Below, one piece after another: positions 20,103 through 29,417 of a stretch of 64,000 bases of DNA. The notes beneath the pieces are model-generated. The model made no database searches. It was not told the DNA's origin and saw only the letters and a list, made by a program, of their open reading frames with translations. Within the stretch, counting starts at the first letter, position 1. Each line of letters begins with the position of its first letter. Source of the DNA: an uncultured Verrucomicrobiae bacterium (lineage in GTDB: Bacteria > Verrucomicrobiota > Verrucomicrobiia > Palsa-1439); contig CAWEWF010000009.1 of NCBI GenBank assembly GCA_963812605.1, positions 32,926 to 96,925 on the forward strand. The letters are read 5' to 3'. The translations under genes were made by a program, and so were the position numbers.

Positions 20103-21610
20103 TCCGCCGCCGCGATTACCTGCGGCTAACGACGCAAAAGCTGGCGCTGCGGAAGAAGCGGGCGATCTTTGCCATTATTTCCGTCGCGCTCGGCGTGATC
20201 GTGGTGGTCACGGCAAATTCTTTGCTGGAAGGCGTGCGCGATGTGGCCGTGAAGACGATTTGGACGGAAGAGATCGATCCCGACCTGATTCGCGTGTATG
20301 CGGGAGATAACCCCTATGAACTGCTCCCGCCGGAAGAGGGGCCGAAACCGAAGGCGAAGAAACGAATCGAGTATTTGAGTGAAGCGGTGTTCGACGAGAT
20401 CCGCGGCTGGTCCGGGGTGGAGGCGGCCGACCGGCCCATCGTGGTGCAACCGGTGAGCGTGAACGTGTTCGACAAGCGTCCACGCGGCGCGAACGAACTC
20501 CAGGGGGTGCCCGAGCCGATGTTGTTGCGGTACGTAACCGACCGCGCGCTGGTGACCGCGAATACCAATGCGATCCCGCTGGTCGTCGGTGAGCGCAACG
20601 TGCTGCTCCGTTTCGATGAGAAGCATGGCAAACTCGAGCCCGATCCCGCGGGCAAGCAGGGGTGGCTCGGTCGCGAAGTCACGATCCTGCTGGGTGACAA
20701 CTACGCGCGGATCTCCCGATTTCAGTACGATTACAACAAGCGCGAGTTCAAACCATTAAGCGAGGATGAGGTCACGTCGCAACACGACGCGATGGAACGC
20801 AGCTTCCGTGTGCAGTTCGACACGGCCATCTTCAATACAACACTTGTGCTCAAAGGGCGCATTGCCGGATTTTGTCCCGGCAGCAAGGTATTCATCCCTC
20901 TCGACACGGCGGCGATGTGCGAGAAATGGATCGACCAGCGCAACCGCCTCGCTTCGCGGAATCCTCCGCGCGAGACCAGTGAAGTGGTTTATGGCGAGCG
21001 GGGCCGCCGCACGCCGAAACCGGGCGAGTACACCGAAGGCGTGGTGCTGGTGAAAAAGGGGGCGGACGTCGAAGCCATTGCCAAACGCATCGAGGAAATG
21101 GGATTTTCCGTCGCGACCCAGGCGCGCACGTTCGAGGAACAGGCGCGGGCGTTCGACAGCAGCATGCGCATTGTGAAGAAGGTGGCGTTCGCGTTCGGCG
21201 GCCTGATTCTCGGGTTGGCGTGCGGGCTGGTCTGGAGCACCACCTCGAAGACGGTTTCCGACAGCCGCGTCGACATCGGGCTTTTCCGCGCGCTGGGCGC
21301 CACGAAACGCGAGATTCGCCGCCTGTTTCTCGGCGAAGCGATGCTGCAGGGCGTGCTCGGAACGGTGGTGGGAATGGTGCTGGGCTGGGCGCTGGCGCTG
21401 GTGATCAGCCATTGGGTGATCGGCTTTGCGCGCCGCTCCGTTTATGAACCCGAGGAGGCGCTGCTCATTCCCAACTCGATTTTTTCCCTGAATCTTCGGT
21501 TTTGCCTCCTGCTCATCGCGGGGGCCGGGTTCGTCTCACTCCTGGCGGGATTGTTACCGGCCAATCGGGCGGCCAAGGTGGATCCCGTGAAGGCGTTGAA
21601 AAGAGAGTAG
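20099..21610 (+). CDS. ABC transporter permease (FtsX/MacB family)
   Basis: TM1, large periplasmic domain, IGLFRALGA...FLGEA, LPANRAAKVDPVKALK. Confidence 0.9.
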   Translation: MIRRRDYLRLTTQKLALRKKRAIFAIISVALGVIVVVTANSLLEGVRDVAVKTIWTEEIDPDLIRVYAGDNPYELLPPEEGPKPKAKKRIEYLSEAVFDEIRGWSGVEAADRPIVVQPVSVNVFDKRPRGANELQGVPEPMLLRYVTDRALVTANTNAIPLVVGERNVLLRFDEKHGKLEPDPAGKQGWLGREVTILLGDNYARISRFQYDYNKREFKPLSEDEVTSQHDAMERSFRVQFDTAIFNTTLVLKGRIAGFCPGSKVFIPLDTAAMCEKWIDQRNRLASRNPPRETSEVVYGERGRRTPKPGEYTEGVVLVKKGADVEAIAKRIEEMGFSVATQARTFEEQARAFDSSMRIVKKVAFAFGGLILGLACGLVWSTTSKTVSDSRVDIGLFRALGATKREIRRLFLGEAMLQGVLGTVVGMVLGWALALVISHWVIGFARRSVYEPEEALLIPNSIFSLNLRFCLLLIAGAGFVSLLAGLLPANRAAKVDPVKALKRE

Positions 21611-21623
21611 GCGAAAGTGCGGG

Positions 21624-23630
21624 CTAGACGCGGATGGGGAGCAGGACAAAAGGAAAACCGGCGTGGTAGAAGCGTTTTTGGATGGCGAAGACGGTATAGT
21701 TGTGGAGCCAACGAGAGGCAAACGTATCTTTCGGGAAAACGAGCTGGCCGCCGAAGAATACGCAATTGGGGAATTTCGCGGCGATCTTTGGGGCGATATG
21801 ATCCAGTTCTTCCACGACATCCGTGCCGAGCCCGTAAAAGCCCTCGGCATAATGGCCGTGCTCACGCATGTAGTCGACATAGTGTTCGAGTTCGTCGAGC
21901 ACGTGGCTGCGAAGACGATCGATTTCGTCGGAACCCTTGAAGTTACCGGCATCGATGATTCCCACCTGCACGAAGACGAAGTTTTTGAAGACGCCCCCGA
22001 ACACGCGCATGACCCCCAGGAGCGTGTGCAGTCCGAGGCCGTTGTAGCCGCTAACGAGAATGACAGCGGTCTTGGCTTTCGGGTTGCAGACGGGGTCGGG
22101 CTTGGCTTCCACCGGCTCGTCCATACCCGTATCGATGGCGGCGACCTTGACGAGATCATTGAGCCGGCGGAGCAAACGGCCCGTATAACGATAGTGGCGA
22201 TGAATCAACAAGGAGATAATCACCAGGCCGGCGGTCAGCAGGATGGTGATCCAGCCGCCTTCCCAAAATTTGAGGGAGGTCATCACGACCAGGATCGTGC
22301 TGCAAAGAAGCAGGCCGAGGCCATTGATGAAAAGCTTCTTGCGGCGATGCTCGATGACTTTTTCCGCGGTCCACCAGTGGCGCACCATCCCCAGTTGCGA
22401 GAGCGCGAAGGTAATGAACACATTGATACTGTAGAGCACCACCAGGATCTGTACCCGGCCGGCCGACAACCACATAACCAGGAACGCGGCGAGGCCCATG
22501 AGCAGGATGCCATTCTGCGTGACGAGCCGATCGCTCAGCGTGGCGAATTTCGTCGGCATCCAACGGTCGAGCGCCATGCTGGAGAGAACGCGCGGGCCAT
22601 CGAGGAAGCCGGCCTGCGCGGCGACAAACAGGAGGAGCGCCTCGGAGATCAGGGTTATCAACACAAACCAGCGCGCGCCACTGCCCCAGTGGGCGGTGAG
22701 GTTCTCAAAGAGCACCGCATTGAGGGTCTTTCGCGGGTCGTAGGTAACATGCAGGAAGAGATAGGCGAACATCAATCCCGTGGCGGTGAACGCCAGCGAG
22801 ATGGCCATGTAATGCATCGTCCGTTTGCCCGTCTGTACTTTCGGTTCGCGTAGAATGGGCAGGCCATTACTGACCGCCTCGATTCCGGTGTAGGTGCCGG
22901 CGCCCATGCTGTACGCGCGCAACATTAATAACATCGTCCCCATCAGCCCGAGTTCGGCGTGCGCCTGTCGGACATTATCCATTGTTGTGGTCAAGACCTG
23001 GCCGAACTCGCCCGCGTGTACGACCAGCGCGTAGACGATCACGAAGGCATGGGTGATTACGAAGACCATGAACACCGGCACGAGCGCCACTACCGACTCT
23101 TTCACACCGCGCAAATTCAGCAGGGTCAGCGCCAACACGCCAAGAATGGCAAAGGCCAGCTTATGTGGCAGCCACGTCTCGGGTAGAAAACTAAATAGGG
23201 CATCCGCGCCGCTGGCGATCGAGATCGTGATCGTCAACACGTAGTCAATGAGCAGCGCGCAACCGGAAATCATGCCAACGGTGGGCGAGAGCAGTTTGCT
23301 CGCAACGAGATAACCACCGCCGCCCGTTGGGAACAATTCAATGATCTGCGAGTAGCTCGTGCTGATAATGAAGACGGTCAGCGCTGACGCCAGGCCGACG
23401 AAAATGCTCAGGTAGGGATGCGAGCCCAGCGCCAGGAACGCCTCTTGCGGGCCGTAGCAGGACGACGACAACCCGTCGGCGCCCAGTCCGACCCACGCGA
23501 GAAAAGCGATCAGCGAGAGCTTGTGAAAGACAGAACGATCATGCGGGCTGAGCGAACGGCCGATGACCAGGTCCTTGACCCGCTTTGGTAATGTCGTCCC
23601 CGAGGGATCTATTCTTTTCTCATCCGCCAT
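21624..23630 (-). CDS. KimA/YdaO-like APC-superfamily (putative K+) transporter, copy 2
   Basis: GADGLSSSCYGPQEA, GGGGY, LLIDYVLT, TGIEAVSNG; C-terminal cytoplasmic domain. Confidence 0.85.
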   Translation of the reverse strand: MADEKRIDPSGTTLPKRVKDLVIGRSLSPHDRSVFHKLSLIAFLAWVGLGADGLSSSCYGPQEAFLALGSHPYLSIFVGLASALTVFIISTSYSQIIELFPTGGGGYLVASKLLSPTVGMISGCALLIDYVLTITISIASGADALFSFLPETWLPHKLAFAILGVLALTLLNLRGVKESVVALVPVFMVFVITHAFVIVYALVVHAGEFGQVLTTTMDNVRQAHAELGLMGTMLLMLRAYSMGAGTYTGIEAVSNGLPILREPKVQTGKRTMHYMAISLAFTATGLMFAYLFLHVTYDPRKTLNAVLFENLTAHWGSGARWFVLITLISEALLLFVAAQAGFLDGPRVLSSMALDRWMPTKFATLSDRLVTQNGILLMGLAAFLVMWLSAGRVQILVVLYSINVFITFALSQLGMVRHWWTAEKVIEHRRKKLFINGLGLLLCSTILVVMTSLKFWEGGWITILLTAGLVIISLLIHRHYRYTGRLLRRLNDLVKVAAIDTGMDEPVEAKPDPVCNPKAKTAVILVSGYNGLGLHTLLGVMRVFGGVFKNFVFVQVGIIDAGNFKGSDEIDRLRSHVLDELEHYVDYMREHGHYAEGFYGLGTDVVEELDHIAPKIAAKFPNCVFFGGQLVFPKDTFASRWLHNYTVFAIQKRFYHAGFPFVLLPIRV

Positions 23631-23717
23631 TTGGCAACCCAATGACTCACCTAAGCCCGCCAGACTAGCGAATTGGCATCAAAACACAAGCGCCACTTAC
23701 GGCTGGTCCGGGGTGAC

Positions 23718-25766
23718 TCACGCGGCGGCTGGAGACGGTGTGATGTTCTGTTTGCGGAACAGGCGGATCGGCAAGACGACAATGGGCACTCCCGCGAAGC
23801 GCAGCCGCCGTTGGATGGCGAACGCCGTCTCGTTGTGCAGGATGCGGTCGAACCATTTGGGTTCATCGAAGACGACTTCACCCGCAAAGAAAACGGCCCG
23901 TGGATATTTCCTGGCCAGTTCGACGCAAACTTCGGAAACCTCCTGGACAACGTCCGTGCCGATGCGATAGGCCGACTGCGCGGGGATTCCGAGACGATTG
24001 GCCATTTCCACGTAGCGGTCCAGGGACGTTTGGGTTCGCTCCGCGAGTTCTTCCACGTGGCTGCCCTCCTTGAAGAAGTCGGAGTTGGGCACGCCGACGG
24101 AGATGAAAATCACATTGGTGAACGACTGCGGAAAGATCCGAAACACATTGAGCAGGCAATGGACGCCCAGCCTCGCGAAGCCGCCGACGAGAATGACGGC
24201 CGTCGGTTTCTTCGGGTCGAACGGCGGCGTGATTTTGGAGGGATCGCTCGGGATGTCCTCCAGGGAGGATTCTACCTGGCGCAGCCGTTGCGTGAAGGCC
24301 CGGTAGTGGCGGCGAATGGCAAAACATCCGGCGATGCACAGACAGGTGATCACCAGGGTAATCCAGCCACCCTCACGGATTTTCATGGTGAGCATGACGA
24401 TCAGGATGGAAAGGCACAGCACCAAACCGGTGGCGTGCACGCCCAGATGCTGCAACCATTTTTTGTCGGTCTTGCGATGTCGGACCCAGAAACGCACCAT
24501 GCCGAATTCGGAAAGTGAAAAGGTGGCGAAGACATTGATGCTATACATGACCACCAGAATATGAATATCGCCGCGCGTGTAAGCCAGGGCCGCCGCCGCC
24601 GCCACGCCCATCAGGAGGACGCCGTTTTGGCTGGTCAATCGGTCGGACAAAGCGGCAAACCGGCGCGGCAGCCAGGAATCGATCGCCATGTTGGCCATCA
24701 CGCGCGGGCCATCAATAAAACCTGTTTGCGCCGCCACCAGCAGGAGCACGGCCTCCGAGAAGATCGTTATTCCCACGAACCACAACCCGAGCGGGACGGA
24801 GCCGACCTTGAACGAGCCAGCAAAGCGTTCCGCGAGCACGGTGTTGAGCGTCTTGCCTTCCACGGGCGACACACGAAAGAGCATATAACAGAACAGCAAC
24901 CCGGCCGCCGTCGCGGCCAGCGAAATCGCCATGTACCGCATCGTTCGTTTGCCGGTTTCCACCTTCGGCTCACGCATGATTGCCAGCCCGTTCGAGACCG
25001 CTTCGATCCCCGTGTACGTACCGCCGCCGATCGAATACGCGCGGAGAAACAGAATGAACATCCCCCACATTCCCAATTGGCTTAAGCCCTGGCCGAAGCC
25101 GTTGCTGACTTCGTGGGCCACGGCTGGAAGATCGCGGCTATGGAGAAGAAAGCCGCCAAAGATCAAGATAATATGGGTTGCGACAAAAGTCAGAAAAATC
25201 GGCACCAGGATGGACACTGATTCTTTGACGCCGCGCATGTTCATTAACACCAGAAACAGGATCGCCGTGAACTCCAGCGGCAGCTTGAAGTACTGTAAAG
25301 AAATCGGCAACAAGCTGAACAGCGCATCCGCGCCGCCCGCGATGGAAACCGTGATTGTCAGGACATAATCCACCAGCAGGGCGCAGCCCGAGACCACGCC
25401 GGCCGAAGAGCCAAGTAATTCGGTTGCCACGACATAACCGCCGCCGCCCCCGGGAAAGTGCTCGATGATGCGACTGTAAGCGTAAGAGATGATGAACACG
25501 GTTGCCGCGGTGGCCAGCGCCAACAGCACGGCGAGATACAAGTGACTTCCCAGGGCGCGAAAAGCCTCTTCGGGTCCATAGGCCGAGGAAGACAATCCGT
25601 CAGCGCCCAGGCCGACCCAGGCCAGAAAAGCAATCAGTGAAATCTTGTGCCCAAGTGACGGGTCGTGAAGGTCGCGCGGCGCGCCAAACAATACTCGCTT
25701 CAACCGCGACCGCATGAGGCGCGGCAGTCTCGGCTCGGAGACCGAGTTATCCATGGTGCAATTCAA
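23718..25766 (-). CDS. KimA/YdaO-like APC-superfamily (putative K+) transporter, copy 1
   Basis: GADGLSSSAYGPEEA, LLVDYVLT, TGIEAVSNG, ILHNETA; directly downstream of a c-di-AMP riboswitch. Confidence 0.87.
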   Translation of the reverse strand: MNCTMDNSVSEPRLPRLMRSRLKRVLFGAPRDLHDPSLGHKISLIAFLAWVGLGADGLSSSAYGPEEAFRALGSHLYLAVLLALATAATVFIISYAYSRIIEHFPGGGGGYVVATELLGSSAGVVSGCALLVDYVLTITVSIAGGADALFSLLPISLQYFKLPLEFTAILFLVLMNMRGVKESVSILVPIFLTFVATHIILIFGGFLLHSRDLPAVAHEVSNGFGQGLSQLGMWGMFILFLRAYSIGGGTYTGIEAVSNGLAIMREPKVETGKRTMRYMAISLAATAAGLLFCYMLFRVSPVEGKTLNTVLAERFAGSFKVGSVPLGLWFVGITIFSEAVLLLVAAQTGFIDGPRVMANMAIDSWLPRRFAALSDRLTSQNGVLLMGVAAAAALAYTRGDIHILVVMYSINVFATFSLSEFGMVRFWVRHRKTDKKWLQHLGVHATGLVLCLSILIVMLTMKIREGGWITLVITCLCIAGCFAIRRHYRAFTQRLRQVESSLEDIPSDPSKITPPFDPKKPTAVILVGGFARLGVHCLLNVFRIFPQSFTNVIFISVGVPNSDFFKEGSHVEELAERTQTSLDRYVEMANRLGIPAQSAYRIGTDVVQEVSEVCVELARKYPRAVFFAGEVVFDEPKWFDRILHNETAFAIQRRLRFAGVPIVVLPIRLFRKQNITPSPAAA

Positions 25767-25780
25767 GTTTCCTCTCTATC

Positions 25781-25906
25781 GGCCTACGAGGTTAGCTGAC
25801 GGGCTCAGGCTGAGAAGAACAGGCTCGCCTGTTCCGGTTCAATGACCGGAATTCGCCCCGAACAACCTGGGTCCCCCGTTCCGTGCGACGTACACGGATT
25901 CGGCAA
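25781..25906 (-). ncRNA. c-di-AMP (ydaO/yuaA) riboswitch
   Basis: Minus strand reads GCCGAATCC...GGAACGGGGGACC...GGGGCGAAT...GAGCCCGTCAGCTAACCTCGTAGGC, matching the ydaO consensus blocks. Confidence 0.92.
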
Positions 25907-25916
25907 TGAGCGCGAA

Positions 25917-25944
25917 AGTTTAACACAGCGCGCACTCGAGTCAA
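25917..25944 (-). promoter_or_regulatory. Putative sigma-70 promoter for the riboswitch/KimA operon
   Basis: TTGACT-N16-TAAACT just upstream of the riboswitch. Confidence 0.5.
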
Positions 25945-26018
25945 TGCAAGCAAATGCTTATCGCCCAGTGGATTGCAGCAGATGGAACCTCGCCAGGCGC
26001 TCCGGCCAGGCGAAGCGT

Positions 26019-26360
<342 letters not shown>

Positions 26361-27710
26361 TTATTCGCCTCCGGGTGTTCGCCGCGTCAGGCCGCTGGTG
26401 AATCCGCTGGTGTGGGGACTCACGAGTTGGAAATCCGGGTAGCCGACCAGCCCGGTTTCGGGAATATCCAAACCTTCCAACTCGATCTCGGGCGCAACGC
26501 GCATCGGGATGAATTTCTCGGCAAGTTTTAGAAAGATCCAGGAGAACCCGCCCGCCCACAGCAGTAGTACGAGGCAACCAAGAGTCTGGACGCCGAGTTG
26601 ACCCCAATTGCCGTGCAGGCACCCTTTCACCGAGTCACTGTTGCAGAAAATGCCCACGGCCAAAACTCCCCATAATCCACCGAGGCCATGCACCGAAATG
26701 GCCCCTACGGGATCATCGATGTGCCAGCGGTCGAAAAATTGGACGGACACGCAAACGAGTAACCCCGCGATAACGCTGGTGATCACGGCGGCGGTGGGAC
26801 TGATGTACGCGACGGAAGCCGAACTCGCCACAAGTCCTGCGAGCAAACCGTTCAAGGTGATTGTCGGATCGGGTTTGCGAGTGGTCATAATCATGTAGGT
26901 GGCGGCGGTGACGGCCCCACTGGCCCCGGCGAGGATTGTCACCGTGGCAATCGACGCGGCGGATTCGGGCCCGCGGGCTGCATTGAACCCCAGCCAGCCG
27001 ACAGCGAGCAGGAAACTCCCGAGCAACGACAAGGGAATATTGTGCGCGGTAATTGGCACCACGCCACCGCCCCTATTGTAACGACCGATACGCGGTCCCA
27101 AGACCAGTGCTCCGGCGAGCGCGAAGAGGCCGCCCACGGCATGAACAACGCCCGAGCCGGCAAAATCCACATAGCCCAATCGCGCCAACCAACCACCTTG
27201 CCACGCCCACAGGGCAAAGAGTGGGAACAACAGCAAGGACATGAACGAGGTGCAAAGATAAAAATTCTTCAGACTCCAGCGCTCCGCCAGCGCCCCGACC
27301 GGGATGCTGGCGGTTACGCACAATAGCGCGGCCTTCTCGAAAAATGGTCCATACTTGTCCGGCTCGCTGCCAAGGTGGCGGAGGAGGAACCCGCTGCCGC
27401 CGCGCATCACGGCAAACCCGCCGGCCCAAAAGGCGACAATCGCAATCGCGCAACCAAAAAAGGTCATAAAGACGGTTTGAGAGGCATTTTTGGCACGCGT
27501 CAGGCCGGTCGCGAGCATCGCCAGACCAGCCGGCATGAGAAAGACGAGGGAACCCGTGAAGAATTGCCAGAGCATAAACGGATATTCCACCGTCGGCGGT
27601 TCAATAGCAACCTCAACTACTTGGGCGGTCGGCCCCGGCAGGACACCGTTAGGCGTCACTGCCAGGGCCAGAATGCCAAACGTCCTGGAGGCATGGCTTC
27701 TCAGGCGCAT
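26361..27710 (-). CDS. amt: Ammonium transporter family protein (divergent)
   Basis: GLTRAKN, GALAER, DFAGSGVVH, LGPRIGRY, GWLGFN, NGLLAGLV, IDDPVGAISVHG. Confidence 0.9.
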   Translation of the reverse strand: MRLRSHASRTFGILALAVTPNGVLPGPTAQVVEVAIEPPTVEYPFMLWQFFTGSLVFLMPAGLAMLATGLTRAKNASQTVFMTFFGCAIAIVAFWAGGFAVMRGGSGFLLRHLGSEPDKYGPFFEKAALLCVTASIPVGALAERWSLKNFYLCTSFMSLLLFPLFALWAWQGGWLARLGYVDFAGSGVVHAVGGLFALAGALVLGPRIGRYNRGGGVVPITAHNIPLSLLGSFLLAVGWLGFNAARGPESAASIATVTILAGASGAVTAATYMIMTTRKPDPTITLNGLLAGLVASSASVAYISPTAAVITSVIAGLLVCVSVQFFDRWHIDDPVGAISVHGLGGLWGVLAVGIFCNSDSVKGCLHGNWGQLGVQTLGCLVLLLWAGGFSWIFLKLAEKFIPMRVAPEIELEGLDIPETGLVGYPDFQLVSPHTSGFTSGLTRRTPGGE

Positions 27711-27737
27711 ACCTGTTGACGACGTTTCCGCCTGCGA

Positions 27738-29039
27738 TCAGAACAGATAGGCTACGCCCATGCCCAGCGTGAACTGGTCGCGACAGGTGTTGAACGCATC
27801 CTTGTCCGAGTGATCCCAGCGAAGCTCGGGACGAATCTGCACGTTGTCTATTGGCTTGTAGTTGAGTGTCAACGTGGAACTGTATAGTTCTGGGGTGACG
27901 CCCACGGGCAGACCGAAGGTGGCGCCGCTTCGACTGCCATTTCTGTCCTTCAGGTAATCCTGGCGGAAGGCCAGTTCAATCTTGTCGGTGAAGTCATACG
28001 TCAACCAGAGGCCGGCGGCATACCATTCCGAATCCTCCTGCGTGACACCGTCGGAAAGAAAGGCATCGTCTTCGTGGCCGTAGTCAACCTGGAGGTTGCT
28101 GTTGAGCTTGTCGGTGAACTTGTGGGTCGCGATCAATTCTACACCCTCGCGCCAGTTTGCACTTGAGCCGAGGCCACCCAGGGACGTGGTCGTTTGTTCG
28201 GGGCCGCCATAACCCAGGACAGCAAAGGTGGTATTGGAATCCAACGCATATCCGATACGACCCATGTACGACATCGCTGTGTTATTGTCGGGTAGCGCAT
28301 CCCAGCCGTTGAAGACGACAAACTCGGTGTCGATTTTATCATTCCACTGGTAGGCCAACTGGACACCGGTCTGCGTGAAGTTCTCCACGAAGAGGAATTG
28401 ATTGCCTTCCGACCAGTTCGGGTTGGCGACCTCCTCGATGACTTCCACGCCCATGAGGGTGACCGTCTTGCCGACAATGACCTTCACCCCATTGCCGACC
28501 GGAACATTGATGTCGACGAACGCCTGCTCCAGGTCCCCGTCCGTTCCCAGGTTAAACGTCCCGCCGTGGGGACTGGCGGAGTGGATTACCGCCGCGTCTT
28601 CACCAAAAATCAAGTCCGCGCGGTAACCGACAACCCAGTTGGTCGGGTTGTAGGAGATGGGTTTCTCCAACGCCAGTTTGAATTTATTCACCGCGAACTG
28701 GTTGGCATGTGTGTCAAACGTTCGTCCGGCGACAGTCCGCGTGCCATGGGTATCGTTGAAGTCATACAGATAGGACGCCGACGCGAAGCCGCTGATCTCG
28801 GTCTGACCGAGAAAGTCCAGCGACTTCTGCGGGATGTCCGACTTGGCAACGTAGACACCCGTCGTGCTGCTGCCTTCCAGCGCCGAAACCCGCTTCTCCA
28901 AGTCGTCGGTTTTTTTCTTTTGTTCCTCATAGAGAGTTTTGTAGTCCGCGTCGTCCGCGTGGACAACCGGAACGGCTCTCATGATCAGCACTACCGCAGC
29001 AATGCCGATCCACACGGCCTTACATTGTTTGGTCCTCAC
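27738..29039 (-). CDS. Outer-membrane beta-barrel porin (BBP2/OmpL-like)
   Basis: Signal peptide, short coiled coil (LEKRVSALE), alternating beta strands, IRPELRWD, C-terminal Phe (GVAYLF). Confidence 0.8.
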   Translation of the reverse strand: MRTKQCKAVWIGIAAVVLIMRAVPVVHADDADYKTLYEEQKKKTDDLEKRVSALEGSSTTGVYVAKSDIPQKSLDFLGQTEISGFASASYLYDFNDTHGTRTVAGRTFDTHANQFAVNKFKLALEKPISYNPTNWVVGYRADLIFGEDAAVIHSASPHGGTFNLGTDGDLEQAFVDINVPVGNGVKVIVGKTVTLMGVEVIEEVANPNWSEGNQFLFVENFTQTGVQLAYQWNDKIDTEFVVFNGWDALPDNNTAMSYMGRIGYALDSNTTFAVLGYGGPEQTTTSLGGLGSSANWREGVELIATHKFTDKLNSNLQVDYGHEDDAFLSDGVTQEDSEWYAAGLWLTYDFTDKIELAFRQDYLKDRNGSRSGATFGLPVGVTPELYSSTLTLNYKPIDNVQIRPELRWDHSDKDAFNTCRDQFTLGMGVAYLF

Positions 29040-29283
29040 CTTGCATCTCCTCCGTTTATTGGGTTAGTACGTTGGTCTTCTGCGTCTTCGCTGGCTACTC
29101 CAAGGCTACGCGGTCCGATGATGTATTGATCGTCATCCGTAGCACCGAGGCATACCCCTCAACAACCCGTCGCGATAGGAGACGGGGATTCCAGACAGCG
29201 ATTGTGATTGCGCCAAAACATGGGCGAAAAACACAGGAACACGACGCCGCTGCGGGAAACAAGCCTCGCATGATTTGTCTGAT

Positions 29284-29299
29284 TGCAGGCCGTATGCCA
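29284..29299 (-). promoter_or_regulatory. Sigma-54 -24/-12 promoter of porin-amt-PII
   Basis: TGGCATACGGCCTGCA (GG-N10-GC). Confidence 0.8.
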
Positions 29300-29387
29300 T
29301 GTGTTTCAGCGAAATACATAACCAGCTTTTTCACAAACGCTTACGACGATTTGACGGCTCCCATTCATCCTCGCATCCGGCTGGTTG

Positions 29388-29404
29388 TTGACCAGCGTGG
29401 TCAA
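29388..29404. promoter_or_regulatory. Palindromic upstream activator site 1
   Basis: TTGACCA-GCG-TGGTCAA perfect palindrome, 88 nt upstream of the -24 element. Confidence 0.75.
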
Positions 29405-29417
29405 ATAATAACAGCCT

